A stretch of 64,000 nucleotides of DNA from NCBI GenBank assembly GCA_039621445.1, contig CP154954.1:18134589-18198588 (forward strand), in the 5' to 3' direction. The position numbers and the translations under genes are program-made. The DNA is from Euglena gracilis (lineage: Eukaryota). Positions 37,611 through 51,200 of this stretch are shown piece by piece; positions within the stretch are counted from its first letter, which is position 1; every line of letters begins with the position of its first letter. The notes below the pieces were generated by a model. The model did not search any database and was not told where the DNA came from. It worked only from the letters and a program-made list of their open reading frames with translations.

Positions 37611-39034
37611 GTTGAAATTGAAGTTTGCCAAAAATCTTTTGGCCACTTTGGGGGGGGTTGCCCTTTGAGGGGGGGTGAGGGTATTTCAATGTCCAAAATT
37701 CAAAAAGTTGAACTCACAAAAAGCATCGATTGGACGATCCTCTCTTGTAAAATTTCCTCGAAGGCACGTTTGGAAGGTTTATGTCAATTTACAACACACC
37801 TGGGTTGTAAACGAGAAAAAAATGTGTGGGTTGATGATTTAAAGCTTGAGATAAACAACCAATTGCCCAATTTTTGAAAATGACCCATCAACCTCAAAAT
37901 GATCATTTTGAGAGGAAAAAGAGCACGGGGGGGGGGAGAAAGTTGCGCCGTGCAATTTTTGCAATTTTGTGCAATTTTCGATTTTCCTGAAAGGCAATTT
38001 TTTTTGCAATTTTGTGCAATTAATTGCACATGGCCGCTGGATGATGAACAAATTCAGGATGAATGGCGTAAGCATTGCCATCGCATATTGCCACGGCTGA
38101 TTGTGTTGCAACTTTTTGGGCGAACCGACCAGGTAAATTGGCAGAATATGCAGCTTTTCTGGTTTCTGGTATCTCTTTTCTGGTATGTGCAATTTTGTGC
38201 AATTTTGTGAATTTTGTGCAATTTCACCTCTAACCATCAAAACGGTGAAGTTCCCGGTGGTCCAAAAAATTGGTGCCACCAAAACAACGGGAAGAGGGTG
38301 GTGGTGGGGGGGGGTCGACCCCCCCACCCACCTGCACACGGGCCGGTGAAAAACTGCACTGGGAATATCTTGCAAATAAGAAAACCCTTCTTGCTCTTTG
38401 AAGCCTTTGGCTTGTGTGACATTTGGCCACAATGCTTGGGGCAAGGCCCAATCTTCTTCAGGCGCTTGTGCTCCTTTGCGGCACCACGAATTTCGAAATC
38501 CTCAACTCCAACTTCAACCAAAATTTGCAACAAAAAAACAACAGTTTTTGTATTTTGTCCCTAGGAATCCCAACATAAATAGTTGAATCTGCTCATCCTC
38601 AGGAGGGGCGACCCTTGGCCGGTGAACCGGTGAAGTTCCAAAAATTTTCCCCAGCGTCTTCGGCAATGGGTGTATTTTAGACCCATTTTGGGACCCATAT
38701 AGGAGGTCCCACAAACCCCCCCCAAAAATGCTATTGAAAATCCATCAGATTTCCAAAGAGAAAAAATCTAAGTAAAATTTGAATGTTCCAAAATTTGGTC
38801 CCATTTTTTTGATCTGATTTTTTTGACCCCCCTCCTAAGAACTAACAATTTTCAACCCTTAATTTTTGGATATTTTTTGGGGGAAAATGTGGTTTTCCAT
38901 CAAAAAATCATGTATTTTGGGGTCATTTTTCAAAATAATTTTCAAGAATTTTCCCCGGCCAAAATCCCCGTTTTCCCAAAATTGTGTGTTGGGACAGAAT
39001 TTTTTTTTTAGTTAGGGACCCTCCTGCAAGAGGC

Positions 39035-39162
39035 TGGGATTTCGCCGAAATTGGCCTGTTGCTGATGCAAAGGTTTGCGTCGGAACGGTCCGCAATGCTG
39101 AAGCAGATGCTCGGTCATGGGTTTCTTCAGGCTGTTGTGTACCCCTTTCAAGAGGCAGCAAC
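39035..39162 (+). CDS. Candidate exon, hypothetical protein
   Basis: DFAEIGLLLMQRFASERSAMLKQMLGHGFLQAVVYPFQEAA; CCTG shortly upstream and ACCAGG just downstream. Confidence 0.4.
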
Positions 39163-40950
39163 CAGGTCTCTACTATTCAGCCTCTAAATTTCTTTGCTTG
39201 CGGAGGGTTTTACTCTTCCTCCTCAAAGTTTCAAAAAGGAGCATTTCATGTTCCTTTGTCTGAAGATTTTTCAAAAAAAACAGAATTAGGGCGTCACTTA
39301 AGCCGAAGGGCACCCCATCCCCTGGGGGGGGTCGAGCCAACCATTTTTTGACAAAGGGTTAAAAAACCCCGATTTTTTGGATGGTTAATTGGCTGTTTTT
39401 TTTTTTTTGCGTAATTGGCTGCTTTTGTTGACATTTTTGCAGTTTCGATTTTTTTGGCACCCGGTTCGACCCCCGGTCAGACCCAGTTCCAGTAAGGGGG
39501 ACCCCTTTGGCGGAGGCAGCCTTTTCCCGCCAGCCCAAATTTCCAACCTCGAAGCTGGACCTCCCCTGGGGGGTTGCCATGCGACGCCATGTTTGAAACA
39601 AAACCCCTTTGACCCTGTGTTCCTGCAGCGACCCTCTATTTTGGGACCTCGTCATTTTCCACTGTTGAGACTCAGGGAACAGACCCAACCTTGGTGTTTT
39701 TTGGCCTGTGCGCCTTTTCGGGCAACAGAAATGGCCCGAGTTGTGGCCATTTTACAGTGGCTTGCCTCCAAGTGCTGCACACTTGGGATGGTTTGACTTT
39801 GCGTTTTTTGGGACCATTTTGGGGGTCAAGGAATCAGATTTTTCAATTTCTGTGTGCATTTGTGTTTTGGTGGTGACTTTTTTTGCTCACTGCTGGCAAT
39901 AGCTTGATCCGAAAATTGTTTTTCAGATTTATTTTATTTTGTGATTAATGTTTTGTTTTGTTTTGACATTTTTGTGTTCTTTTTGGGACCAGGAAGTTCA
40001 AAAAGTGCAAATGCTGTTGTTCGGATATTCGATCACCCAGGTACCGAAAATGGATTTAATTGAACTTGTGCTTTTTTCTCTTGCACTATTTCCATGTATT
40101 TCTGATTTTTTTTGCATTTTTTTCATGTCGCATTTTGGAGAGTCCCTTATCGCGTCCCTGATGAGAACGCTAAACAGGATGAGGAATGAAATAATCATGA
40201 TGATGACAGTGACCATCGATGGAGGGACCCATGGGGACGTTGCCGAGGCTAAGTTGTTGGATGCAGACAGAGCTGTGACGTTTTTCTGGATGTTTGGGTT
40301 GTTTCTCACTTCTGTCAAGCCAGTGGTAGCAGCAGTGCGTGACTGACTGAACATTTTCGACTTTTTGATTTACCCCCCCCCCCATTTAGTACGACCAATG
40401 AAATTTTTTGAAAATGACCCCCCCATTTCTTACGACCACCTTTGGATTTTCCACCAACTCAAAAAGGTAAACAATTTTTTCCTTACAGCGTGCTTGTTGT
40501 TTTTTGAACCCTCGGGTTTTTTTTTTTTGCTGCCTAGGGAGAGGGGGGATAAGCAGGGCTATGGGAATCTTGGAAACACGGCTGAATTACGCACCCATAT
40601 CTGTTGGCAGCCCCCCCCCCCCTGGGGGGTGCTGCCAGCCCTGCCAGCCAGCCCCCTTTTGGGGGGTCCAGCCAAAAATTTTGTTGTGTTCAAAAAATGG
40701 CCAAAAATAATGTTTTGGGCGTGCCCTTTTTTTGGAGGGGGGTGTGGGTGGTACGGGGGTCGGGTGGGGGGGAAGGCATTCCAGGGTTGAAAGGCCTTCT
40801 CTAGAGAGGTTTCAACGTGTTCCGGGGGGGGGGGGAGCGCACAGACAAAAGGGCCAGAGGCGAACAACAGCACCAGGCCAGAAGAAGGGATAAAAGGCAC
40901 CAAAAAACAGCCACAGTGCACACAGGGGGGGGGAGCGCTGGGGCACCCAC

Positions 40951-41122
40951 CGTGCAGTCCGGCCGGCTCTGGCCCCGTGCGCCGCCCACCGGGTCGCCGC
41001 GGCGCACCGCGCGGCCGCGCTGGAGCGGGCCACTGCCCAGCTCGTCCACGCCGCGCTGCGGCAGGCGGTGGCGGAGGCGGCGGCGGAGGCGCGGGCCCGG
41101 GACATGAGCCCGCCGAAGCGCG
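40951..41122 (+). CDS. Exon of plus-strand hypothetical gene (start approximate)
   Basis: Very GC-rich frame RAVRPALAPCAAHRVAAAHRAAALERATAQLVHAALRQAVAEAAAEARARDMSPPKR; following intron GCACAGCCA...TGGCTGCCCCT (41123-41584). Confidence 0.65.
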
Positions 41123-41584
41123 GCACAGCCAGCCGCCTTTGGCTGCCCACCAACGCCTGTCAGTGGATCTTCTGTTGGTGAGTGGGGGAAGGGTTCGGCA
41201 GTGTTGGTAATGAACCAAATGCCACAGCAATTTTTCTTTGCTTGCTGGTCTTTGGTGGCTTGAATTATTTGTATCTGAAACCACACCAACCTCACCTGCC
41301 AGGACCATGGACTCTCTGGCATAAATCTAAATTTTCTAAATAATCCAAATTTTCTTTTGGTGTTTTGCACCAGTTTATCATATTGTTCCCCAGAAAAAAA
41401 GTTAGGAAAGTGCCAGCAAGCACACTTTCTGGTTGATCCGGGCGGGAAAATTCTGGCCTTGGGCGAAAACCAGTCTTCATCCCCATTTGAAAACGCTTTC
41501 TGGACCAGCAGTAGTCTGGATCGGGAACAAATTCTGTTGCGCTGTCAATGTGATGAGCGTCAAAGAGAAGGATTGGCTGCCCCT

Positions 41585-41666
41585 TCTTGGGCAACAGAAA
41601 ATCACTGTACTGTGGTGGAGTTGTGTGGGCGTTGCTGCTCCCCCGGGTGACCCCCTCCATCGTCGA
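41585..41666 (+). CDS. Exon of plus-strand hypothetical gene
   Basis: In-frame continuation VLGNRKSLYCGGVVWALLLPRVTPSIVD after the +4/-6 stem junction. Confidence 0.5.
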
Positions 41667-41918
41667 CTGCAGGTCCTTGTCCTTCCCCGTCACATGCAAA
41701 CTTGGCCCCCCTACAGTTGGCCTTCAGCCTTAACTTTCAGCCTTGACCCTATTATTCGGCTTACCTTGACCACTTTGTGCATGGCCCGCTGAAAGTTGGT
41801 TGGCCACCTGGCCTGGCCTTACCTTGACTCGTGGCCCAGCCAAGCGCCCCCGGGAGGGGGAGGTCAGCTGCTTCTCGATGGGGGCGGCCATAAGATCGCC
41901 TTAATCAGTTATGTTCTC

Positions 41919-42126
41919 CGGGCAGTTTGAGCGCCCATCCGTCCATGGGCCGCTGTGGCCGTCCTTGCGCCTGCGGCCGGAGGTGGTTCGGGAGGTGGCG
42001 GAGCAGCACGCCGTCACGGTGTCGCCGGTGAAGGCGGCCCCGCCCGCCCCGCCCCCCCAGGCGGTGCGGCCGGGGGAGGCCCGGCCGGAAAAGACGGGCC
42101 GCCGGGTTTTCATCCGCCGGCAGGGC
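41919..42126 (+). CDS. Exon of plus-strand hypothetical gene
   Basis: GQFERPSVHGPLWPSLRLRPEVVREVAEQHAV...RRVFIRRQG; followed by intron GCACAGGAGC...GCTCCTGCGGCC (42127-43774). Confidence 0.7.
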
Positions 42127-43436
42127 GCACAGGAGCCGCTGGTTTTTTTTTGGAGTGAAGGCGTATTCCAAAATCACGTAGAATCACGTAACCCCCCCCC
42201 CCCACATAACCCCCCCCCCCCCCGGGGGTAGCAAACCCCCCTGTTTTCCTTTAGTTTTCCATGTATCAATAACACACCCTTATGGCTAGGATTCTAGGCC
42301 TGACGTTTGGCATAGACGCGGGGCTGAAGTGGGGCTTAAAGTGGCCTTCGCTTAAAGACCCCCGGGGCAGGGCAGAACGGGAAGCGGCCAAACAGCCAGG
42401 GTGGTGGGTGGGGGGGTCGACCCCCACCTCTTCCCGTATTTCCGGAAGGACCAATTTTTGGACCCGAAAATTTTTTTCCTTCAACGCCGGGTGTTTTTTT
42501 GAGCCATTTCGGGACCCATATAGGAGGTCCCCCCAAAAAACCCCCAAACCCCATTTTTTTCACACCTTCCAAATTTGAGCATTTTCTCAAAATTTTGCTT
42601 TTGAGAGTTTTTGAAGCAAACAGTGCCATTGAAAATGCAAAAAAATTCAAAGAAAGAAAATGTCAGTAAAATTTGACTGTGCCAAAATTTGGTCCATTTT
42701 TTGACCTTTGTTTTTTCACCCTCCTCCTAAAAACTACCAATTTATAAACCTGAAAATTTTGAGATTTTTTTTTGTGAAAAAAAATGTGTTTTTCCATCAA
42801 AAAATCATTCATTTGAGTTCAATTTTTTAAAAAAAATTCAAAAAACTTCCCCGGCCAACATCCGTTTTCCCAAAATTGGTGACAATGCTGTGGTGGGTGG
42901 GGGGGGGTCGACCCCACCCCCCTCCTCCCAGGTGGGGGGGCGACCCCCCCCCCAACCAGTCCTTCCCATTCTGCCCCTGGGGGGTTCCACTGGACTGAAC
43001 TTTCCACTGGCTGGGGAAAAAGCCACCAGCTATCCCCCCCGGGAGGGGGGGTCCCAGCGTCCACCCACCAGGCCTTCCCTTTTTCAGGTCAAATTATCCT
43101 TCGGCGCCGAAGGAATTTTCTTTGCGCCGGTGCCAATGGTGGGAGGGGGAGGTCGACCCCCTGGACCTCCCGGGTGGGGACCCCCCCCCCCACCAGACCT
43201 TCCCATACAGCCCTGCCAATCGCCCCCAAAATTGACCCCCGGGGGATATGGTTGCTGTGGGGGGCACCCATACGCAAAGCACCCCTTGGGACAAAGAAGC
43301 TGGCTCCCACCTCATGTTCTCCAGAGCCCCAACAGAACAGCTTTGGGGAGCGTTGCATTTCCATCTGGACGGAGCAACCCTGCCCCCCCCCCCCAGTTCG
43401 ACATGTGTGGCCACCCGATGGGAAAAGCGTCCCCAG

Positions 43437-43750
43437 CAGGGGTTTTTTTTTTTAGTCTTGGACCCGGGGGGGGGGGTAGGGTGGGTGGGTCTGGCCGGAC
43501 CCACCCACCGGCGGGTACCTTTTTTTGGCTGGTGGGTGCCCGGCACCGAAGGCGCCGGATTTTTTTTTTTTGACCAGCGCCAAAGGCGCCGATTGCATGC
43601 ATTTTCTTTGTCGCGCCTCTCGACCCCCCCCCCCCCTAAAAGTGGGTCGGGACACCCCCGGGGGGGGGTCCCGACCACTTTTAGGTCCGACCGTCAGGGG
43701 GTGGGTGGGGGGGGGGACCCCTCCCCCGGTCTGTTTTAAAAAAATGCCTG
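43437..43750. mobile_element. Intronic MITE with CAGG..CCTG ends
   Basis: CAGGGGTTTTTTT ... AAAAAAATGCCTG; flanks TCCCCAG / TCCCCAA (6 of 7 match). Confidence 0.8.
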
Positions 43751-43774
43751 TCCCCAACACCAGCTCCTGCGGCC

Positions 43775-43910
43775 GAGCGGCTCCGGAAGCAGCGGGAGGA
43801 GGCGGCCGGGGGCCTGTGGTCCGCCAAAGACCTGTCCCTGCTGCGGAAACAGCAGGCCGTGGGCCGAACGATGGTAAACCCGAATGCGCTGACGTTGCCG
43901 CCTTCCCAGA
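43775..43910 (+). CDS. Exon of plus-strand hypothetical gene (3' edge uncertain)
   Basis: In-frame ERLRKQREEAAGGLWSAKDLSLLRKQQAVGRTMVNPNALTLPP after a 7-bp perfect stem junction. Confidence 0.7.
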
Positions 43911-44621
43911 GATGGGCTCGCAACCCCCGAGGGAATGGGGCGTGGGCGTGCTCTAAGCCCCCTTCCTATTCATGTCTGGTTCCATGGGTGAACCCTAATT
44001 TAACCATCACCTTAAGCTCGCCCTAAACCTTCCCCAAACCCTATTTTGGCAGCGAGCACCCTGTGTTGGACGAATGGTGGACACCACAGTTCTGGTGTTG
44101 TCTCTTTGGTGATGGGGATGTAGGGGGATCAAAAGTTTTAAGGGGAGGTTCATATTTGGTTGGAGGGGGGATTGAGTTTCATGAAACCCACATTATGTTG
44201 CTGAGCTTGCACCTTAGTTTTTGTTCTGTAAGTGCTGGTTTCAGGAAAAGACGCTCATTTTGCAATAAATGCACATTCAAGGGGTCAAAATTTTGGGATA
44301 TGCTGGTGCAGATCTGAGGGGAGGTCTTATTTAGGTTTTTTCTGTATGCTGCATTGTGTGTTGCCGGTGGTGGGAAAGTTTAGTCGCAAATGGCAGAACT
44401 TTTTTGTTGGCCATTTATGAAAGAACTGCTTTAACCCCCCCCCCAAATACCTACCCCCCCCCCCCCGGGAAACTGTTACCTGACAGGTTGGCCAGTACCC
44501 GGGACCCTGACAACTTCCTATCATGACAGGTTGGCCGGTACCAGGGACCCTGACAGTTTCCCGGGCGGGACCCTGACAGTTTCCCGGGTAGGAAATTTCA
44601 AGGGAAAGTCAATAAAAAAAT

Positions 44622-44634
44622 NNNNNNNNNNNNN
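44622..44634. other. Assembly gap (13 N)
   Basis: Run of N. Confidence 1.
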
Positions 44635-44727
44635 GCCCCCCCCGGGCACTCGAACAGTTTCATATGTTGCGCGATTAGCTTGCAAAAGAGGTCCGTGATT
44701 AAGATGAGGTTTATTTTGGGGGTTATT

Positions 44728-44777
44728 GGGGTATGGGGTATGGGGTATGGGGTATGGGGTATGGGGTATGGGGTATG
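44728..44777. repeat. (GGGGTAT)n microsatellite
   Basis: Seven tandem GGGGTAT units. Confidence 0.95.
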
Positions 44778-44927
44778 GGGGCCCCACTTTGTGCCATGAC
44801 TCCATGTGTTGGGATGACAACACAAAAATCGAGGGAGGACAATATTCAACATAAAAACGACATAAATGAGTAAAATGGGTCAGGCACAGGTGGGTGGGGT
44901 CGAATTCATCTCAAAATTCAACCTGGT

Positions 44928-45179
<252 letters not shown>

Positions 45180-45195
45180 GGGACGTGCCCTGCAC

Positions 45196-45273
45196 ATCTT
45201 GCATCGCCAGCGATGCAGCCACAGCGTCCTTCTCATGGTTGGGCAGTGCCTCCGGCGCATTCCACAGCGCCAT
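45196..45273 (-). CDS. Adenylate cyclase exon 18 (MALWNAPEALPNHEKDAVAASLAMQD)
   Basis: Continues the IGDCI motif; followed by GTGCAGGG (CAG at +4). Confidence 0.9.
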
Positions 45274-48200
45274 GGCACAGCCCTGCAGTGGGACGCTCAC
45301 GTGTGACCTTTGCAGCAATGGGGTTGTGTCGGGTTTCCCACAAAGTCACCCGGCGCAAAGTGCCAGGAAGAAATTTTCCTGGGATTTTTCTCCCTTGAAT
45401 TTCAGCCATTCCCAAAAGCAACATTAATTCCCCAACAGGATGGGAAAGACAATGTATTCATCAATCAGTACACATTGTGTGCGTACACATTGTGGATGTG
45501 TCCACATTGTGTGTGCATCGATGTGCATGAAAAAATTAGGGGAGGGGGGTTGCAGAAAATGCTCTTCTCCCAAGAGTGGGCCTCCCACAACAAATGAACA
45601 AAAGCTTCCCGTTCCAATTCGTTTCGCAGGACGTTCACCAGCGCCACAGAAACGTCTGATGGCATAATAAAATAATAATAATAATTTTCTTCAATTAATT
45701 TCTTGTGGCTGAAACAGAAGCATTAAAAAGGGTGAACACATTACAAAGCATCGTTAAATGGGGAAAAAAAGCAAAAGCAAGAAACAAAGAGCCCTACGCA
45801 CAAATCCCACTGAAAAGCTGTTGATGCAGTCACCGATGAACTTGTCGATGGTGCCGTTGTGCTGCACAATGTTGGAGCTGGGCTTCTCTTCTGAGTAGCG
45901 TTGTGCAGACCACTACCTGAAGGACGTGGGGGAGCTGTTTGGGACTGGCAAAAGTTTGGCTGGACACCTCCCAGAGGCGAGCAAAAAAAATCCAGCAAAT
46001 GCGCAGCACCCATATCCAGCTGGGGGGACATTGACCCAACAGCTGCGGCCAAAATTTGAACGAAAACATGAAGACACCGTTCTCAAAATCAGGATCTTGA
46101 ACCGCTTTGGCCATTTCCCCCAATTGTGCCAAGTGCTTCGCACCTTGGCACTGAGGTGCGGCACAGCACCACCCAGCCCAAACACTATCCCCCCCAGAGA
46201 TACACTTCCTGAAGAAAAGTAAACCACACCGGAAACTCTCGGGGCGCATAACCCCCCATGACTACACCAACCGAATCTCCCCTGGCTGGTCCAACCGGTT
46301 GAAAGACACCCGACCAAGGTTTGGGCGGCCAAAACGCTGATGGGGACCGAGCGGCCCAGGGGGCTGCACATCGCCTCGAAGTACTCCGTGCACACTGCCA
46401 CCAGCACGGCCGGGAATTCGGCCTCGCAGATGGCGGAGAAGCCCTCGATGTCCGCAAACATGACGGTCAGGGTCCTGGGGGCAGGCGTCGTCAGATTGGT
46501 TCAATGAAACACTCATTGCTCATTGAAGCATTGCTAGAGCATGACCAAAAACACCCAGACTCCCATAATACCAATGCAACCTTCAGCGCCGGTCTTGCAC
46601 TTGAGAGGTGTGAGAGGTGGCTGGCGTGGGCCAGTTGCAGAATTGCGAATGGTGTGTTGAATAAGGGACTTCCTAAACGACCAGCCCCCTTGTATAACCA
46701 CTGCCCCCCCTCCCCCGGGGAGGCCAGTAGATAGCTGCAGCCATTAAAACACTTTCAACGCCATGGACCGTTGTACACCGCCTGTTTGGGATACATTTCG
46801 TCGTTCGCCATTTTGCCAGCAATCAAAGCCAGCCTCCAAGCCTCTTGGATGATGAGTCACTGTTCAAACAGGACGGTGCAGAACAACCCAATGACAACGT
46901 CCAGCCGAGAGGGTGGAAAGTTTGGGTTGGCTGGAAAAAAGCCAATGGCTGAACCGCTGTGGGAAGGGGTTCAGCCATTAATTATTTTCCAGCCAACCCT
47001 AAAATTCTCCGGCCGTTGCATACTCCCCCCTGCTGCATTACAGCACCTTTTAGGAAATAGGAAGTGGTTGTTTTTCAATGAATTGCGCTTTGCCAGTTAG
47101 CTGGAAAATGTTTTTCATATGTGAGTGACACTGAGATTTATGGCTTTCAAGATTTTATTAAAACCTTTTGGGACATGTCGCTCACTTAAGTTGGAGGGGA
47201 TTCCACCCTCGAGGTTCCAGCCAACCAGCAGTTTTTCCCCCCCAGCCCCGTCCCGTCCCCCCCCCCCCATGCATGAGGCTAAATTTTGTTCAACAGCCCT
47301 ATGGGCCACTGCAAGGCTATGTAGTTTTTTTAAAAAAAAATCCTTTTCCATTTTGGGTGCCAAAAAAGGCCGAAAATTGTGCGAATTGCCCAGCTCATTT
47401 TTGGTTGAAAAACCAATTTGCATTATCTGTTTTGATTTTTGGGCCTTTTTGCAGTTGCATGTCGTTGAATTAGCTGCCAAAAAAACACAGCTATGTTGCA
47501 TTTTGGCCGCGCATGCCAAAATTCTGCAAAACCTACTGAAAAAAGAATGTGTATATGAATTATTTCGACAGGAGAACTCGATGGGTAGAATTTTCCACTT
47601 GACTAGAGTGGCTCCCAGAAGAGCGATAGCCTCGCGAGGGTGAGACCGCTTTCTGTGGGTGGTGGGGGGGCTCCCCAATGCAGCAATCCTGTGATTCAGC
47701 TCCGGGCTGCCCAGCACCTTCACCACCGCCTGGGGAACGAACTTCCCGAACGCCCGCAGCCCGCGCTCCATCTGGACGAAGGAGGCCTGGAAGCGGTGCA
47801 GCTCCTGGAACAGGGTGGGCTTCGTGGCGGTGGTCGCGAACTGCAACTGCGCGATGCGGTCCATTGGCGGCAGAGCCCCCGCCCAATCCAACTGAATGAA
47901 ACTGACTTTGAGGAACCCCCTTTTGGGGGCCCCATACGGGCCCGAAAACGGTCCGGAGGGGCCGGGGGTATGTGGGGTGTATACAGTGTACACAGGGGGT
48001 CCCCCATGGTTGGTTTGGGTCCCCGGGTGGGTCCGTGCAGTTCCCCATCGGTTTCGGGCATTTTTGGAAAAATCGATTTTTTGACCCCTGTAAGGCGGTC
48101 ACAGGCTGCACGGCGCTGAAAACGCAGTCCTCAAATTTGGGGTCCAACCCCCAGTTACACCCACCTACGTGTGCAGTCGCGACCCGGGACCCATGCCATC

Positions 48201-51200
48201 CAACGGAGGGACCCCCCTGTGGAGAGTTTCACTTCAGATCAGGTCGACCGACTGTCATATCCCGGGAAAAATTCTTTATTATTATTTGTACCTTTAGTAG
48301 TGATACTACCACTGCTGCTGCTGCTGCTGCTGCTACTAATTTACTAAATTAGAAAAACACAAAAAAAACGGTCATGTTGTTTCCTCCCCTTGCGCAGGGT
48401 ATGGATGAGACCCTGCGCCCCCTTGCCAGGGTGTACAGCCGTGCCGCCAGCCAGAGGCCCACGCTGAGGGGCAGCACCACTGCGAGGGCGCTCACCACCC
48501 CCAGGATGGCGAACCCCGGCGGAGGGCTGCCGATGGTGACCAATTCAGAATAAACACCCTGCATCCCAGTCGATGGCATTCCCCCCCCCCCGTTTTTTTA
48601 AGGTGGTGGTGGGGGGGGTGCCTGCCTGGGCAGGCACTCCAAGGCACTCCTGATCCGACTCCCCCCTTGGGGGGGGGGCACACGGCCAAAAGTGCCCTAG
48701 CACAGACCCCGGCGCCTTCGCAAAAGAGGTGTTTGGACCTGGCAAACCTGTCTGGGGACGTGGTGGCCACCCCGGAGACATGACCCGGGAAGGGGGGGGG
48801 TGGACCTCAGACCTCACTGAGCGGGACTTCATAAGCACAACTGGAATAAATATACTGGAAAAAATGTGCAAAAATCCTTTTCGGAAAATGACTGCGTTGA
48901 CCACAAAAAGAAAAAAAAACACTCAAAAACACCCTTTTTGACAATTATTGGCCATCTTTTTTCAAAAAAAATGGTCACATATGCAGTGCTCTGCACCAAA
49001 AACAATTCCATGTATCCCCACCAAAAATGGATTGGAAGCAAAACCCTGTGGGAGTGCTGCTGTGGATGAGCTGGGCCAAAATTGGGGGTGGCGCCACCTG
49101 CCCCCCCCCCCCCCCGACAGGCTGAACGAGGAGGCCTGGTGCGGGGGCGGATTTCCCCACCTGGGAGGTGGGGTTCTGACTCCCCCCGCCCACCACACCA
49201 CAGACAGTGCAAGGAGGAATCCTTCGACACTGAAGGCATCCGAGGAAAATTTTGACCTCTGCGCCACAGAAACATGGGGAAGGGGGGGTTGGTGGGACCC
49301 TGCCCCGCCATCCATAGGGTTTTGGGGGGTTCCTGGCGAACCCTGCCCACCGGGGCCGCAAAACAAAGGATGCACAGCCAGCATCAAAACAAGCAAAACC
49401 CCACCAGTGCCTCGAAAATTCAAACAACCGACCATGGAGACTGAGAAAATCTGCCGGACACCGACACCGACGCATCACTGTCAACCCCCCGGCTGTGACC
49501 CCCTTCTTGTCCGACATGGACTGGTCCACGTGCCCGTTGCTGGCGTCGATGCTGCCCATCACCGACGCCCGGTTCTTCAGCATAAGGACTGTGCACTGCA
49601 GGCTGTGGCCGGGCTGGGGATGAGTGGCTCCCAGCCAGGGTTCAAAGTAAGAACAAGGTGGGGGTCGACCCTTGCCCCTGCCTCGACATCTTCCGCTCCA
49701 AAGCGAAATAAAAACTTTTTTCCTTTCCTGGAGGTAAAAAGAAAATTAAAAATGGATTAATAATTAAAAAGTAAAAAATAAAAACTTTTTGGAGGAAAAA
49801 TTTCAACTCACACAGGTGTCATTTTCTCCTTATCCCACCTCTCGCCTTAATCCCTTTCCGACCCCATCGCCTGCCCGAACACCAGTACTGTAGCCCGTTG
49901 CCACCCAATACTGCTGGCCAGAAAGCACCGCTTCATTTGTCGACTCAGGGATGGCTGTCCAGGACTGAGGGCACAGGAAGGCGCAACAATAATTCAAAAC
50001 GAGAAACCAGTAGCCGAAAAAAATATTTTTGTGCACCAGAGATTTGGCTGCTATGCCAGCAGGTGTCAAATTGTTGCTGGCAAATGTATGCAGTTGCATT
50101 TTTTTTTTATTGCATGGCAGCTGATAGAACTCTGAAAGGTATTTTGAAAAATGGAAGCTTCTTCCTCTGGCCGGTATTTGCTGTACAACTGCTGGCAAGC
50201 CTCGGCAATCAGGGCATCATCGCTCTGCAGGCATGTCCACAGGCTGTACGCGCTGACGTTGATGGGGTTCAGCAGGGGGTTGATATACCGAGGGTCCACG
50301 TCGCTGTGGCTGAAATACTTCCCGTGAGAGGACACGGCAACGGTGGCTCTCCAAAATATTTCAAGAGTTTCCCAGCTTGCTGCCAGTTTGCTCAGATGCT
50401 GCAAGCTCCATTTGATTTTCAACTGATGTGCTTCTCCACAGCGTTCGATCCACCAAAAGAATAATTTCATTCATTTTTGTGGCAAACAATTCACTCGAAG
50501 TGGCCACGCTCCCAGCAGAGCCCATATTTTCGCTTTATCCATTAGCAAAGATGATTTCATTCCAAGCATGAACTGCAAGAACCATCAACAGACATCTGAC
50601 AGGCTGAATACGCGTGGCGCTTCTGACACCACAAAAAAAATGAAAACCTGCAATCAGGATCACAAAGAAAGGCACAAACCAAAGACTTCCAAACCACCCC
50701 TGGGTGCTATCATGAAGCCATGGGGTTGGCGGAAAAAGAGAACCAGCCGGTCCAATGCAAGACCGCCCCGAAATCTGCCTGTGATACAACAACTCTTGAA
50801 AAGGCGTAGAAAAAGAAGCAAAGCTAGATAGATATAGGGAACAATGCACGGGGAAATGAAAAAAATATGAAATTGGGAGTTGCCTTCTGCTTTGGGTTCC
50901 ACTCAGGTGTTAAAAACAAAAATATTGACAACTCGAGGTAAATGTATATATTATACCTGCATATATATTGTATTATATCATATTATCCTATCCTATCATA
51001 TCATAAATAGAGATGCACATTGTCTCTCTCTGTATATAAAAAAGAATTAAACAACCCATGGTGCTCCCAATGATGCCCTCCTTGTCCCAGCAAATGGGTT
51101 ACAATATGTATTGCAAAAGCTTTTTTATGATTTTTTATCGAGTGGAAAAATTTTGGGCTGAAATTGGTCCTCCAAAAAAGTGTATTTTGAAATAACTCCC

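Noticed and set aside
44780-44825. Next cyclase exon (VLSSQHMESWHKVG)
   Set aside because: Only vague resemblance, no matching stem, and it runs into a microsatellite.
45878-46369. GT-AG reading of the intron between cyclase exons 16 and 17 (AT|GTGCAG..CCCAG|C)
   Set aside because: Possible in sequence, but it makes the helix before GTIDK one residue shorter than the usual class III spacing; the stem-type junction fits better. cDNA is needed to exclude it.
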